The position numbers and the translations under genes are program-made. DNA of 64,000 bases from Nemertoderma westbladi (taxonomy: Eukaryota > Animalia > Xenacoelomorpha), in assembly GCA_032718475.1 (NCBI GenBank), contig JAUCBJ010007680.1:62001-126000 (forward strand). Reading direction: 5' to 3'. Position 1 is the first letter of the stretch. Each line of letters begins with the position of its first letter. The notes below the pieces were generated by a model, which was given only the letters and a program-made list of their open reading frames with translations, was not told the origin of the DNA and did not search any database. Positions 32,462 to 46,000 of the stretch are shown here, one piece after another.

Positions 32462-33886
32462 TTACGAGTGCTGTTGACTCCAATTATCAAAAGCCTTTTT
32501 GGCATCATAGCCTTTGTTATAGTCTTTAACCAAATACACTCTCATATAAGTGTCACGATCTTTAGTAGGAAACATGTTAGACCACGATTTTTCAAGGAAA
32601 TTGAGAGATTTCATTGGTTGTAGTAGGTTTGCATTTGTCTTGTTGTACATAAGCAGTCTTTCTAAGTGTGAATCTATTCTACGGCATAGATCCACTTTGT
32701 ACATATCAACGAGGAAGAAACTTTCATCTAGTCCTGTGACGTCACACAAATATTGCTTAACATTATTCTTTGTATCCGATTTTTTTTTGACATCTTCGAG
32801 GTTTAGCAGATGTTTTCCGACGAAATAATATAATTTTCTACTTCGAATGTCTTTTATTAGATTTTTTGAATTTACCAAAAGAGAATCCTGACTTAGTTCA
32901 ATTTGCCGCAAAATCGAATCTGTTATATGAGTAAAGATGGTCATATTTTTATTGGCCATAGTCTGTGCAATAGTCATCATTGGTTGACCTCCTTCTGAGG
33001 GTAACTTTATATACGGATTAGCGGACATTAATATATCGGCGATCATATACTCAATGCTCTTTATAACAGGATGTTGACAGGGACAGCATCGTCGATGCAG
33101 CCTAACAATCATTTTGTAGAACTCATTCACGTTGTCCCATTCTTTATCACGATAAGCTAAGACCTGCTGTTTTGCGCTGTTTCTTATTACTCGAGTAAAT
33201 TTTATCAAACGATTATGCTCGAAACTGTTCTGTATCCCTAAATGAAAGCAGTCGCGAGCTAAGTAATCGCAACGAACCATATCTATTCCAGTGGCTTTAT
33301 TGGAGATTATCTGGTACAGGAAGTACTTTTCATTCATTCGGTCTGAACCAGGACTGGGGACACCCAGAATACAGTCTTTAACAAAGATTAGATCCTTTTC
33401 TCCTATCCCATACTTTACTAATTCAATGGATAAGTTATTGGATTCTATGAGATGGTCGAACATTAGCAAAGAGAAGTCTTCGTGTCTCCATGTTGCAAAC
33501 TCTTTCGGTAGAAAGTTCGCTTTGGCAAGTTTTGATACGACCACCTCGAAGGTGTGACTGAAGGGGCCGTGACCTAGGTCGTGACAGAGGCCGGCTAATT
33601 GGACGCAGAGTATGTCAGTGTCGGAGATGGAAAGTCCAGGCTGTGCCTGACGTAACTGTAGGAGTGCGATATTAGCGAGATGCGCGACTCCAAGAGAATG
33701 TTCGAATAGGTTGTGTGAGGCTGTTGGGAAGACATAGTAGACAGCACCGAGCTGCTTGATGTCCCGAAGTCGTTGGAACTGTGGCGTGTCGATGAAGCGG
33801 ATCAGGAGTGGATGGAGCTCGATGAGTCCGTGTACGTTGTCCTGAAAGACTTTGGGAGAAAGGTTAATATCTCCTTGAGATTCCAT
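32462..33886 (-). CDS. SAMHD1: SAMHD1-like HD-domain dNTP triphosphohydrolase (no SAM domain), uninterrupted ORF with active-site substitutions
   Basis: KVFQDNVHGLIELHPLL..FIDTPQFQRLRDIKQLG..YYVFPTASH..FEHSLGV, AGLCHDLGHGPFSH, W.HE..S, EKYFLYQIISNK.TGID...DYLARD. Confidence 0.9.
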   Translation of the reverse strand: MESQGDINLSPKVFQDNVHGLIELHPLLIRFIDTPQFQRLRDIKQLGAVYYVFPTASHNLFEHSLGVAHLANIALLQLRQAQPGLSISDTDILCVQLAGLCHDLGHGPFSHTFEVVVSKLAKANFLPKEFATWRHEDFSLLMFDHLIESNNLSIELVKYGIGEKDLIFVKDCILGVPSPGSDRMNEKYFLYQIISNKATGIDMVRCDYLARDCFHLGIQNSFEHNRLIKFTRVIRNSAKQQVLAYRDKEWDNVNEFYKMIVRLHRRCCPCQHPVIKSIEYMIADILMSANPYIKLPSEGGQPMMTIAQTMANKNMTIFTHITDSILRQIELSQDSLLVNSKNLIKDIRSRKLYYFVGKHLLNLEDVKKKSDTKNNVKQYLCDVTGLDESFFLVDMYKVDLCRRIDSHLERLLMYNKTNANLLQPMKSLNFLEKSWSNMFPTKDRDTYMRVYLVKDYNKGYDAKKAFDNWSQQHS

Positions 33887-34031
33887 ATTTTCTTTGAAAT
33901 TAATATATTATTTTATATTTTGAATAAAATTAATCAATAATTTGGAGCAAATTGTTTCAGAATTACTCAGTTTTATTACAAATGTGCGTTGGGGAAGCTA
34001 AGTGGGAGATTAGGGATACATTTAAGGTTGG

Positions 34032-37000
34032 AGTTCCGCCCGTATCTACATTTTGTTCTTATAGTTCCGCCCGTATCTACATTTTGTTCCTATAGTTCCA
34101 CCCGTGTCTACATTTTGTTCCTATAGTTCCACCCGTGTCTACATTTTGTTCTTATAGTTCCATCCGTGGCTACATTTTGTTCTTATAGTTCCAACCGTGT
34201 CTACATTTTGTTCTTATAGTTCCATCCGTTGCTACATTTTGTTCTTATAGTTCCACCCGTGTCTACATTTTGTTCCTATAGTTCCACCCGTGGCTACATT
34301 TTGTTCTTATAGTTCCACCCGTGTCTACATTTTGTTCTTATAGTTCCATCCGTGGCTACATTTTGTTCTTATAGTTCCATCCGTGGCTACATTTTGTTCT
34401 TATAGTTCCACCTGTCTCTACATTTTGTTCCTATAGTTCCACCCGTGGCTACATTTTGTTCTTATAGTTCCACCCGTGTCTACATTTTGTTCTTATAGTT
34501 CCATCCGTGGCTACATTTTGTTCTTATAGTTCCACCCGTGTCTACATTTTGTTCCTATAGTTCCACCCGTGTCTACATTTTGTTCTTATAGTTCCACCCG
34601 TGTCTACATTTTGTTCTTATAGTTCCATCCGTGGCTACATTTTGTTCTTATAGTTCCATCCGTGGCTACATTTTGTTCTTATAGTTCCACCTGTCTTTAC
34701 ATTTTGTTCCTATAGTTCCACCCGTGGCTACATTTTGTTCTTATAGTTCCACCCGTGTCTACATTTTGTTCTTATAGTTCCATCCGTGGCTACATTTTGT
34801 TCCTATAGTTCCACCCGTGGCTACATTTTGTTCTTATAGTTCCACCTGTCTCTACATTTTGTTCCTATAGTTCCACCCGTGGCTACATTTTGTTCTTATA
34901 GTTCCACCTGTCTCTACATTTTGTTCCTATAGTTCCACCCGTGGCTACATTTTGTTCTTATAGTTCCGCCCGTATCTACATTTTGTTCTTATAGTTCCAC
35001 CCGTGTCTACATTTTGTTCCTATAGTTCCACCCGTGGCTACATTTTGTTCTTATAGTTCCATCCGTGGCTACATTTTGTTCTTATAGTTCCAACCGTGTC
35101 TACATTTTGTTCTTATAGTTCCACCCGTGTCTACATTTTGTTCTTATAGTTCCACCCGTGTCTACATTTTGTTCTTATAGTTCCACCCGTGTCTATATTT
35201 TGTTCCTATAGTTCCACCCGTGGCTACATTTTGTTCTTATAGTTCCACCCGTGTCTACATTTTGTTCTTATAGTTCCATCCGTGGCTACATTTTGTTCTT
35301 ATAGTTCCACCCGTGTCTACATTTTGTTCTTATAGTTCCATCCGTATCTACATTCTGTTATTATAGTTCCGCCCGTATCTACATTTTTTCCTATAGTTCC
35401 ATCCGTGGCTACATTTTGTTCTTATAGTTCCATCCGTGGCTACATTTTGTTCTTATAGTTCCACCCGTGTCTACATTCTGTTATTATAGTTCCGCCCGTA
35501 TCTACATTTTGTTCCTATAGTTCCATCCGTGCCTACATTTTGTTCTTATAGTTCCATCCGTGGCTACATTTTGTTCTTATAGTTCCACCCGTGTCTACAT
35601 TTTGTTCTTATAGTTCCATCCGTGTTTACATTTTGTTCTTATAGTTCCATCCGTGTCTACATTCTGTTATTATAGTTCCGCCCGTATCTACATTTTGTTC
35701 CTATAGTTCCATCCGTGGCTACATTTTGTTCTTATAGTTCCATCCGTGGCTACATTTTGTTCTTATAGTTCCATCCGTGTTTACATTTTGTTCTTATAGT
35801 TCCATCCGTGTCTACATTCTGTTATTATAGTTCCGCCCATATCTACATTTTGTTCTTATAGTTCCATCCGTGTTTACATTTTGTTCTTATAGTTCCATCC
35901 GTGTCTACATTCTGTTATTATAGTTCCGCCCGTATCTACATTTTGTTCCTATAGTTCCATCCGTGGCTACATTTTGTTCTTATAGTTCCACCCGTATCTA
36001 CATTTTGTTCTTATAGTTCCATCCGTGTTTACATTTTGTTCTTATAGTTCCATCCGTGTCTACATTCTGTTATTATAGTTCCGCCCGTATCTACATTTTG
36101 TTCTTATAGTTCCATCCGTGTCTACATTTTGTTCTTATAGTTCCACCCGTGTCTACATTTTGTTCTTATAGTTCCATCCGTGGCTACATTTTGTTCTTAT
36201 AGTTCCATCCGTGTTTACATTTTGTTCCTATAGTTCCACCCGTGTCTACATTCTGTTATTATAGTTCCGCCCGTATCTACATTTTGTTCCTATAGTTCCA
36301 TCCGTGGCTACATTTTGTTCTTATAGTTCCATCCGTGGCTACATTTTGTTCTTATAGTTCCATCCGTGTCTACATTCTGTTATTATAGTTCCGCCCGTAT
36401 CTACATTTTGTTCTTATAGTTCCATCCGTGTCTACATTCTGTTATTATAGTTCCGCCCGTATCTACATTTTGTTCCTATAGTTCCATCCGTGTCTACATT
36501 TTGTTCTTATAGTTCCATCCGTGGCTACATTTTGTTCTTATAGTTCCATCCGTGTTTACATTTTGTTCTTATAGTTCCATCCGTGTCTACATTCTGTTAT
36601 TATAGTTCCGCCCGTATCTACATTTTGTTCTTATAGTTCCATCCGTGTTTACATTTTGTTCTTATAGTTCCATCCGTGTCTACATTCTGTTATTATAGTT
36701 CCGCCCGTATCTACATTTTGTTCCTATAGTTCCATCCGTGGCTACATTTTGTTCTTATAGTTCCGCCCGTATCTACATTTTGTTCCTATAGTTCCACCCG
36801 TGTCTACATTTTGTTCCTATAGTTCCACCCGTGTCTACATTTTGTTCCTATAGTTCCACCCGTGTCTACATTTTGTTCTTATAGTTCCGCCCGTATCTAC
36901 ATTTTGTTCCTATAGTTCCACCCGTGTCTACATTTTGTTCTTATAGTTCCATCCGTGGCTACATTTTGTTCTTATAGTTCCACCCGTGTCTACATTTTGT

Positions 37001-40000
37001 TCTTATAGTTCCACCCGTGTCTACATTTTGTTCCTATAGTTCCACCCGTGTCTACATTTTGTTCTTATAGTTCCATCCGTGTTTACATTTTGTTCTTATA
37101 GTTCCATCCGTGTCTACATTCTGTTATTATAGTTCCGCCCGTATCTACATTTTGTTCCTATAGTTCCACCCGTGTCTACATTTTGTTCTTATAGTTCCAC
37201 CCGTGTCTACATTTTGTTCCTATAGTTCCACCCGTGTCTACATTTTGTTCTTATAGTTCCACCCGTGTCTACATTTTGTTCCTATAGTTCCATCCGTGGC
37301 TACATTTTGTTCCTATAGTTCCACCCGTGTCTACATTTTGTTCTTATAGTTCCACCCGTGTCTACATTTTGTTCCTATAGTTCCACCCGTGTCTACATTT
37401 TGTTCTTATAGTTCCATCCGTGGCTACATTTTGTTCTTATAGTTCCGCCCGTATCTACATTTTGTTCCTATAGTTCCACCCGTGTCTACATTTTGTTCCT
37501 ATAGTTCCACCCGTGTCTACATTTTGTTCCTATAGTTCCACCCGTGTCTACATTTTGTTCCTATAGTTCCACCCGTGTCTACATTTTGTTCTTATAGTTC
37601 CACCCGTGTCTACATTTTGTTCCTATAGTTCCACCCGTGTCTACATTTTGTTCTTATAGTTCCACCCGTGTCTACATTTTGTTCCTATAGTTCCACCCGT
37701 GTCTAAATTTTGTTCCTATAGTTCCACCCGTGTCTACATTTTGTTCTTATAGTTCCACCCGTGTCTACATTTTGTTCCTATAGTTCCACCCGTATCTACA
37801 TGTTGGTCTTCTAGTTCCACCCGTGTCTACATTTTGTTCTTATAGTTCCATCCGTGTCTACATTTTGTTCTTATAGTTCCATCCGTGTTTACATTTTGTT
37901 CTTATAGTTCCATCCGTGTCTACATTCTGTTATTATAGTTCCGCCCGTATCTACATTTTGTTCCTATAGTTCCACCCGTGTCTACATTTTGTTCTTATAG
38001 TTCCATCCGTGTCTACATTCTGTTATTATAGTTCCGCCCGTATCTACATTTTGTTCTTATAGTTCCAACCGTGTCTACATTTTGTTCTTATAGTTCCACC
38101 CGTATCTACATTTTGTTCCTATAGTTCCACCCGTGTCTACATTTTGTTTTTATAGTTCCACCCGTGGCTACATTTTGTTCTTATAGTTCCACCCGTATCT
38201 ACATTTTGTTCTTATAGTTCCATCCGCGGCTACATTTTGTTCTTATAGTTCCATCCGTGTTTACATTTTGTTCTTATAGTTCCATCCGTGTCTACATTCT
38301 GTTATTATAGTTCCGTCCGTATCTACATTTTGTTCCTATAGTTCCATCCGTGGCTACATTTTGTTCTTATAGTTCCATCCGTGTTTACATTTTGTTCTTA
38401 TAGTTCCATCCGTGTCTACATTCTGTTATTATAGTTCCGCCCGTATCTACATTTTGTTCCTATAGTTCCACCCGTGTCTACATTTTGTTCTTATAGTTCC
38501 ATCCGTGTCTACATTTTGTTCTTATAGTTCCATCCGTGGCTACATTCTGTTATTATAGTTCCGCCCGTATCTACATTTTGTTCCTATAGTTCCACCCGTG
38601 TCTACATTTTGTTCCTATAGTTCCACCCGTGGCTACATTTTGTTGTTATAGTTCCACCCGTGTCTACATTTTGTTCCTATAGTTCCGCCCGTGGCTACAT
38701 TTTGTTCTTATAGTTCCATCCGTGTCTACATTCTGTTATTATAGTTCCGCCCGTATCTACATTTTGTTCCTATAGTTCCACCCGTGTCTACATTTTGTTC
38801 TTATAGTTCCATCCGCGTCTACATTTTGTTCTTATAGTTCCATCCGTGTTTACATTTTGTTCCTATAGTTCCACCCGTGTCTACATTTTGTTCTTATAGT
38901 TCCATCCGTGTCTACATTCTGTTATTATAGTTCCGCCCGTATCTACATTTTGTTCCTATAGTTCCACCCGTATCTACATTTTGTTCCTATAGTTCCACCC
39001 GTATCTACATTTTGTTCCTATATTTCCACCCGTGGCTACATTTTGTTCTTATAGTTCCACCCGTATCTACATTTTGTTCTTATAGTTCCATCCGTGTCTA
39101 CATTCTGTTACTATAGTTCCGCCCGTATCTACATTTTGTTCCTATAGTTCCACCCGTGTCTACATTTTGTTCCTATAGTTCCATCCGTGGCTACATTTTT
39201 TCCTATAGTTCCATCCGTGGCTAGATTTTGTTCTTATAGTTCCATCCGTGTTTACATTTTGTTCTTATAGTTCCACCCGTGTCTACATTTTGTTCTTATA
39301 GTTCCACCCGTGTCTACATTTTGTTCCTATAGTTCCACCCGTGGCTACATTTTGTTCTTATAGTTCCACCCGTGTCTACATTTTGTTCTTATAGTTCCAT
39401 CCGTGGCTACATTTTGTTCTTATAGTTCCACCCGTGTCTACATTTTGTTCTTATAGTTCCATCCGTATCTACATTCTGTTATTATAGTTCCGCCCGTATC
39501 TACATTTTTTCCTATAGTTCCATCCGTGGCTACATTTTGTTCTTATAGTACCATCCGTGGCTACATTTTGTTCTTATAGTTCCATCCGTGGCTACATTTT
39601 GTTCTTATAGTTCCACCCGTGTCTACATTCTGTTATTATAGTTCCGCCCGTATCTACATTTTGTTCCTATAGTTCCATCCGTGGCTACATTTTGTTCTTA
39701 TAGTTCCATCCGTGGCTACATTTTGTTCTTATAGTTCCACCCGTGTCTACATTTTGTTCTTATAGTTCCATCCATGTTTACATTTTGTTCTTATAGTTCC
39801 ATCCGTGTCTACATTCTGTTATTATAGTTCCGCCCGTATCTACATTTTGTTCCTATAGTTCCATCCGTGGCTACATTTTGTTCTTATAGTTCCATCCGTG
39901 GCTACATTTTGTTCTTATAGTTCCATCCGTGTTTACATTTTGTTCTTATAGTTCCATCCGTGTCTACATTCTGTTATTATAGTTCCGCCCGTATCTACAT

Positions 40001-43000
40001 TTTGTTCTTATAATTCCATCCGTGTTTACATTTTGTTCTTATAGTTCCATCCGTGTCTACATTCTGTTATTATAGTTCCGCCCGTATCTACATTTTGTTC
40101 CTATAGTTCCATCCGTGGCTACATTTTGTTCTTATAGTTCCACCCGTATCTACATTTTGTTCTTATAGTTCCATCCGTGTTTACATTTTGTTCTTATAGT
40201 TCCATCCATGTCTACATTCTGTTATTATAGTTCCGCCCGTATCTACATTTTGTTCTTATAGTTCCATCCGTGTCTACATTTTGTTCTTATAGTTCCACCC
40301 GTGTCTACATTTTGTTCCTATAGTTCCATCCGTGTCTACATTTTGTTCTTATAGTTCCATCCGTGGCTACATTTTGTTCTTATAGTTCCATCCGTGTTTA
40401 CATTTTGTTCTTATAGTTCCATCCGTGTCTACATTCTGTTATTATAGTTCCGCCCGTATCTACATTTTGTTCTTATAGTTCCATCCGTGTTTACATTTTG
40501 TTCTTATAGTTCCATCCGTGTCTACATTCTGTTATTATAGTTCCGCCCGTATCTACATTTTGTTCCTATAGTTCCATCCGTGGCTACATTTTGTTCTTAT
40601 AGTTCCGCCCGTATCTACATTTTGTTCCTATAGTTCCACCCGTGTCTACATTTTGTTCCTATAGTTCCACCCGTGTCTACATTTTGTTCCTATAGTTCCA
40701 CCCGTGTCTACATTTTGTTCCTATAGTTCCACCCGTGTCTACATTTTGTTCCTATAGTTCCACCCGTGTCTACATTTTGTTCTTATAGTTCCACCCGTGT
40801 CTACATTTTGTTCCTATAGTTCCACCCGTGTCTACATTTTGTTCTTATAGTTCCACCCGTGTCTACATTTTGTTCCTATAGTTCCACCCGTGTCTAAATT
40901 TTGTTCCTATAGTTCCACCCGTGTCTACATTTTGTTCTTATAGTTCCACCCGTGTCTACATTTTGTTCCTATAGTTCCACCCGTATCTACATGTTGGTCT
41001 TCTAGTTCCACCCGTGTCTACATTTTGTTCTTATAGTTCCATCCGTGTCTACATTTTGTTCTTATAGTTCCATCCGTGTTTACATTTTGTTCTTATAGTT
41101 CCATCCGTGTCTACATTCTGTTATTATAGTTCCGCCCGTATCTACATTTTGTTCCTATAGTTCCACCCGTGTCTACATTTTGATCTTATAGTTCCATCCG
41201 TGTCTACATTCTGTTATTATAGTTCCGCCCGTATCTACATTTTGTTCTTATTGTTCCAACCGTGTCTACATTCTGTTATTATAGTTCCGCCCGTATCTAC
41301 ATTTTGTTCCTATAGTTCCATCCGTGGCTACATTTTGTTCTTATAGTTCCACCCGTATCTACATTTTGTTCTTATAGTTCCATCCGTGTTTACATTTTGT
41401 TCTTATAGTTCCATCCGTGTCTACATTCTGTTATTATAGTTCCGCCCATATCTACATTTTGTTCTTATAGTTCCATCCGTGTCTACATTTTGTTCTTATA
41501 GTTCCACCCGTGTCTACATTTTGTTCTTATAGTTCCATCCGTGGCTACATTTTGTTCTTATAGTTCCATCCGTGTTTACATTTTGTTCCTATAGTTCCAC
41601 CCGTGTCTACATTCTGTTATTATAGTTCCGCCCGTATCTACATTTTGTTCCTATAGTTCCATCCGTGGCTACATTTTGTTCTTATAGTTCCATCCGTGGC
41701 TACATTTTGTTCTTATAGTTCCATCCGTGTCTACATTCTGTTATTATAGTTCCGCCCGTATCTACATTTTGTTCTTATAGTTCCATCCGTGTCTACATTC
41801 TGTTATTATAGTTCCGCCCGTATCTACATTTTGTTCCTATAGTTCCATCCGTGTCTACATTTTGTTCTTATAGTTCCATCCGTGGCTACATTTTGTTCTT
41901 ATAGTTCCATCCGTGTTTACATTTTGTTCTTATAGTTCCATCCGTGTCTACATTCTGTTATTATAGTTCCGCCCGTATCTACATTTTGTTCTTATAGTTC
42001 CATCCGTGTTTACATTTTGTTCTTATAGTTCCATCCGTGTCTACATTCTGTTATTATAGTTCCGCCCGTATCTACATTTTGTTCCTATAGTTCCATCCGT
42101 GGCTACATTTTGTTCTTATAGTTCCGCCCGTATCTACATTTTGTTCCTATAGTTCCACCCGTGTCTACATTTTGTTCCTATAGTTCCACCCGTGTCTACA
42201 TTTTGTTCCTATAGTTCCACCCGTGTCTACATTTTGTTCTTATAGTTCCGCCCGTATCTACATTTTGTTCCTATAGTTCCACCCGTGTCTACATTTTGTT
42301 CTTATAGTTCCATCCGTGGCTACATTTTGTTCTTATAGTTCCACCCGTGTCTACATTTTGTTCTTATAGTTCCACCCGTGTCTACATTTTGTTCCTATAG
42401 TTCCACCCGTGTCTACATTTTGTTCTTATAGTTCCATCCGTGTTTACATTTTGTTCTTATAGTTCCATCCGTGTCTACATTCTGTTATTATAGTTCCGCC
42501 CGTATCTACATTTTGTTCCTATAGTTCCATCCGTGGCTACATTTTGTTCTTATAGTTCCGCCCGTATCTACATTTTGTTCCTATAGTTCCACCCGTGTCT
42601 ACATTTTGTTCCTATAGTTCCACCCGTGTCTACATTTTGTTCTTATAGTTCCACCCGTGTCTACATTTTGTTCCTATAGTTCCACCCGTGTCTACATTTT
42701 GTTCTTATAGTTCCACCCGTGTCTACATTTTGTTCCTATAGTTCCACCCGTGTCTAAATTTTGTTCCTATAGTTCCACCCGTGTCTACATTTTGTTCTTA
42801 TAGTTCCACCCGTGTCTACATTTTGTTCCTATAGTTCCACCCGTATCTACATGTTGGTCTTCTAGTTCCACCCGTGTCTACATTTTGTTCTTATAGTTCC
42901 ATCCGTGTCTACATTTTGTTCTTATAGTTCCATCCGTGTTTACATTTTGTTCTTATAGTTCCATCCGTGTCTACATTCTGTTATTATAGTTCCGCCCGTA

Positions 43001-46000
43001 TCTACATTTTGTTCCTATAGTTCCACCCGTGTATACATTTTGTTCTTATAGTTCCATCCGTGTCTACATTCTGTTATTATAGTTCCGCCCGTATCTACAT
43101 TTTGTTCTTATAGTTCCAACCGTGTCTACATTTTGTTCTTATAGTTCCACCCGTATCTACATTTTGTTCCTATAGTTCCACCCGTGTCTACATTTTGTTT
43201 TTATAGTTCCACCCGTGGCTACATTTTGTTCTTATAGTTCCACCCGTATCTACATTTTGTTCTTATAGTTCCATCCGTGGCTACATTTTGTTCTTATAGT
43301 TCCATCCGTGTTTACATTTTGTTCTTATAGTTCCATCCGTGTCTACATTCTGTTATTATAGTTCCGTCCGTATCTACATTTTGTTCCTATAGTTCCATCC
43401 GTGGCTACATTTTGTTCTTATAGTTCCATCCGTGTTTACATTTTGTTCTTATAGTTCCATCCGTGTCTACATTCTGTTATTATAGTTCCGCCCGTATCTA
43501 CATTTTGTTCCTATAGTTCCACCCGTGTCTACATTTTGTTCTTATAGTTCCATCCGTGTCTACATTTTGTTCTTATAGTTCCATCCGTGGCTACATTCTG
43601 TTATTATAGTTCCGCCCGTATCTACATTTTGTTCCTATAGCTCCACCCGTGTCTACATTTTGTTCCTATAGTTCCACCCGTGGCTACATTTTGTTGTTAT
43701 AGTTCCACCCGTGTCTACATTTTGTTCCTATAGTTCCGCCCGTGGCTACATTTTGTTCTTATAGTTCCATCCGTGTCTACATTCTGTTATTATAGTTCCG
43801 CCCGTATCTACATTTTGTTCCTATAGTTCCACCCGTGTCTACATTTTGTTCTTATAGTTCCATCCGCGTCTACATTTTGTTCTTATAGTTCCATCCGTGT
43901 TTACATTTTGTTCCTATAGTTCCACCCGTGTCTACATTTTGTTCTTATAGTTCCATCAGTGTCTACATTCTGTTATTATAGTTCCGCCCGTATCTACATT
44001 TTGTTCCTATAGTTCCACCCGTATCTACATTTTGTTCCTATAGTTCCACCCGTATCTACATTTTGTTCCTATAGTTCCACCCGTGGCTACATTTTGTTCT
44101 TATAGTTCCACCCGTATCTACATTTTGTTCTTATAGTTCCATCCGTGTCTACATTCTGTTACTATAGTTCCGCCCGTATCTACATTTTGTTCCTATAGTT
44201 CCACCCGTGTCTACATTTTGTTCCTATAGTTCCATCCGTGGCTACATTTTGTTCCTATAGTTCCATCCGTGGCTACATTTTGTTCTTATAGTTCCATCCG
44301 TGTTTACATTTTGTTCTTATAGTTCCACCCGTGTCTACATTTTGTTCTTATAGTTCCACCCGTGTCTACATTTTGTTCCTATAGTTCCACCCGTGGCTAC
44401 ATTTTGTTCTTATAGTTCCACCCGTGTCTACATTTTGTTCTTATAGTTCCATCCGTGGCTACATTTTGTTCTTATAGTTCCACCCGTGTCTACATTTTGT
44501 TCTTATAGTTCCATCCGTATCTACATTCTGTTATTATAGTTCCGCCCGTATCTACATTTTTTCCTATAGTTCCATCCGTGGCTACATTTTGTTCTTATAG
44601 TTCCATCCGTGGCTACATTTTGTTCTTATAGTTCCATCCGTGGCTACATTTTGTTCTTATAGTTCCACCCGTGTCTACATTCTGTTATTATAGTTCCGCC
44701 CGTATCTACATTTTGTTCCTATAGTTCCATCCGTGGCTACATTTTGTTCTTATAGTTCCATCCGTGGCTACATTTTGTTCTTATAGTTCCACCCGTGTCT
44801 ACATTTTGTTCTTATAGTTCCATCCGTGTTTACATTTTGTTCTTATAGTTCCATCCGTGTCTACATTCTGTTATTATAGTTCCGCCCGTATCTACATTTT
44901 GTTCCTATAGTTCCATCCGTGGCTACATTTTGTTCTTATAGTTCCATCCGTGGCTACATTTTGTTCTTATAGTTCCATCCGTGTTTACATTTTGTTCTTA
45001 TAGTTCCATCCGTGTCTACATTCTGTTATTATAGTTCCGCCCGTATCTACATTTTGTTCTTATAGTTCCATCCGTGTTTACATTTTGTTCTTATAGTTCC
45101 ATCCGTGTCTACATTCTGTTATTATAGTTCCGCCCGTATCTACATTTTGTTCCTATAGTTCCATCCGTGGCTACATTTTGTTCTTATAGTTCCACCCGTA
45201 TCTACATTTTGTTCTTATAGTTCCATCCGTGTTTACATTTTGTTCTTATAGTTCCATCCATGTCTACATTCTGTTATTATAGTTCCGCCCGTATCTACAT
45301 TTTGTTCTTATAGTTCCATCCGTGTCTACATTTTGTTCTTATAGTTCCACCCGTGTCTACATTTTGTTCCTATAGTTCCACCCGTGTCTACATTCTGTTA
45401 TTATAGTTCCGCCCGTATCTACATTTTGTTTCTATAGTTCCATCCGTGGCTACATTTTGTTCTTATAGTTCCATCCGTGGCTACATTTTGTTCTTATAGT
45501 TCCATCCGTGTCTACATTCTGTTATTATAGTTCCGCCCGTATCTACATTTTGTTCTTATAGTTCCATCCGTGTCTACATTCTGTTATTATAGTTCCGCCC
45601 GTATCTACATTTTGTTCCTATAGTTCCATCCGTGTCTACATTTTGTTCTTATAGTTCCATCCGTGGCTACATTTTGTTCTTATAGTTCCATCCGTGTTTA
45701 CATTTTGTTCTTATAGTTCCATCCGTGTCTACATTCTGTTATTATAGTTCCGCCCGTATCTACATTTTGTTCTTATAGTTCCATCCGTGTTTACATTTTG
45801 TTCTTATAGTTCCATCCGTGTCTACATTCTGTTATTATAGTTCCGCCCGTATCTACATTTTGTTCCTATAGTTCCATCCGTGGCTACATTTTGTTCTTAT
45901 AGTTCCGCCCGTATCTACATTTTGTTCCTATAGTTCCACCCGTGTCTACATTTTGTTCCTATAGTTCCACCCGTGTCTACATTTTGTTCCTATAGTTCCA

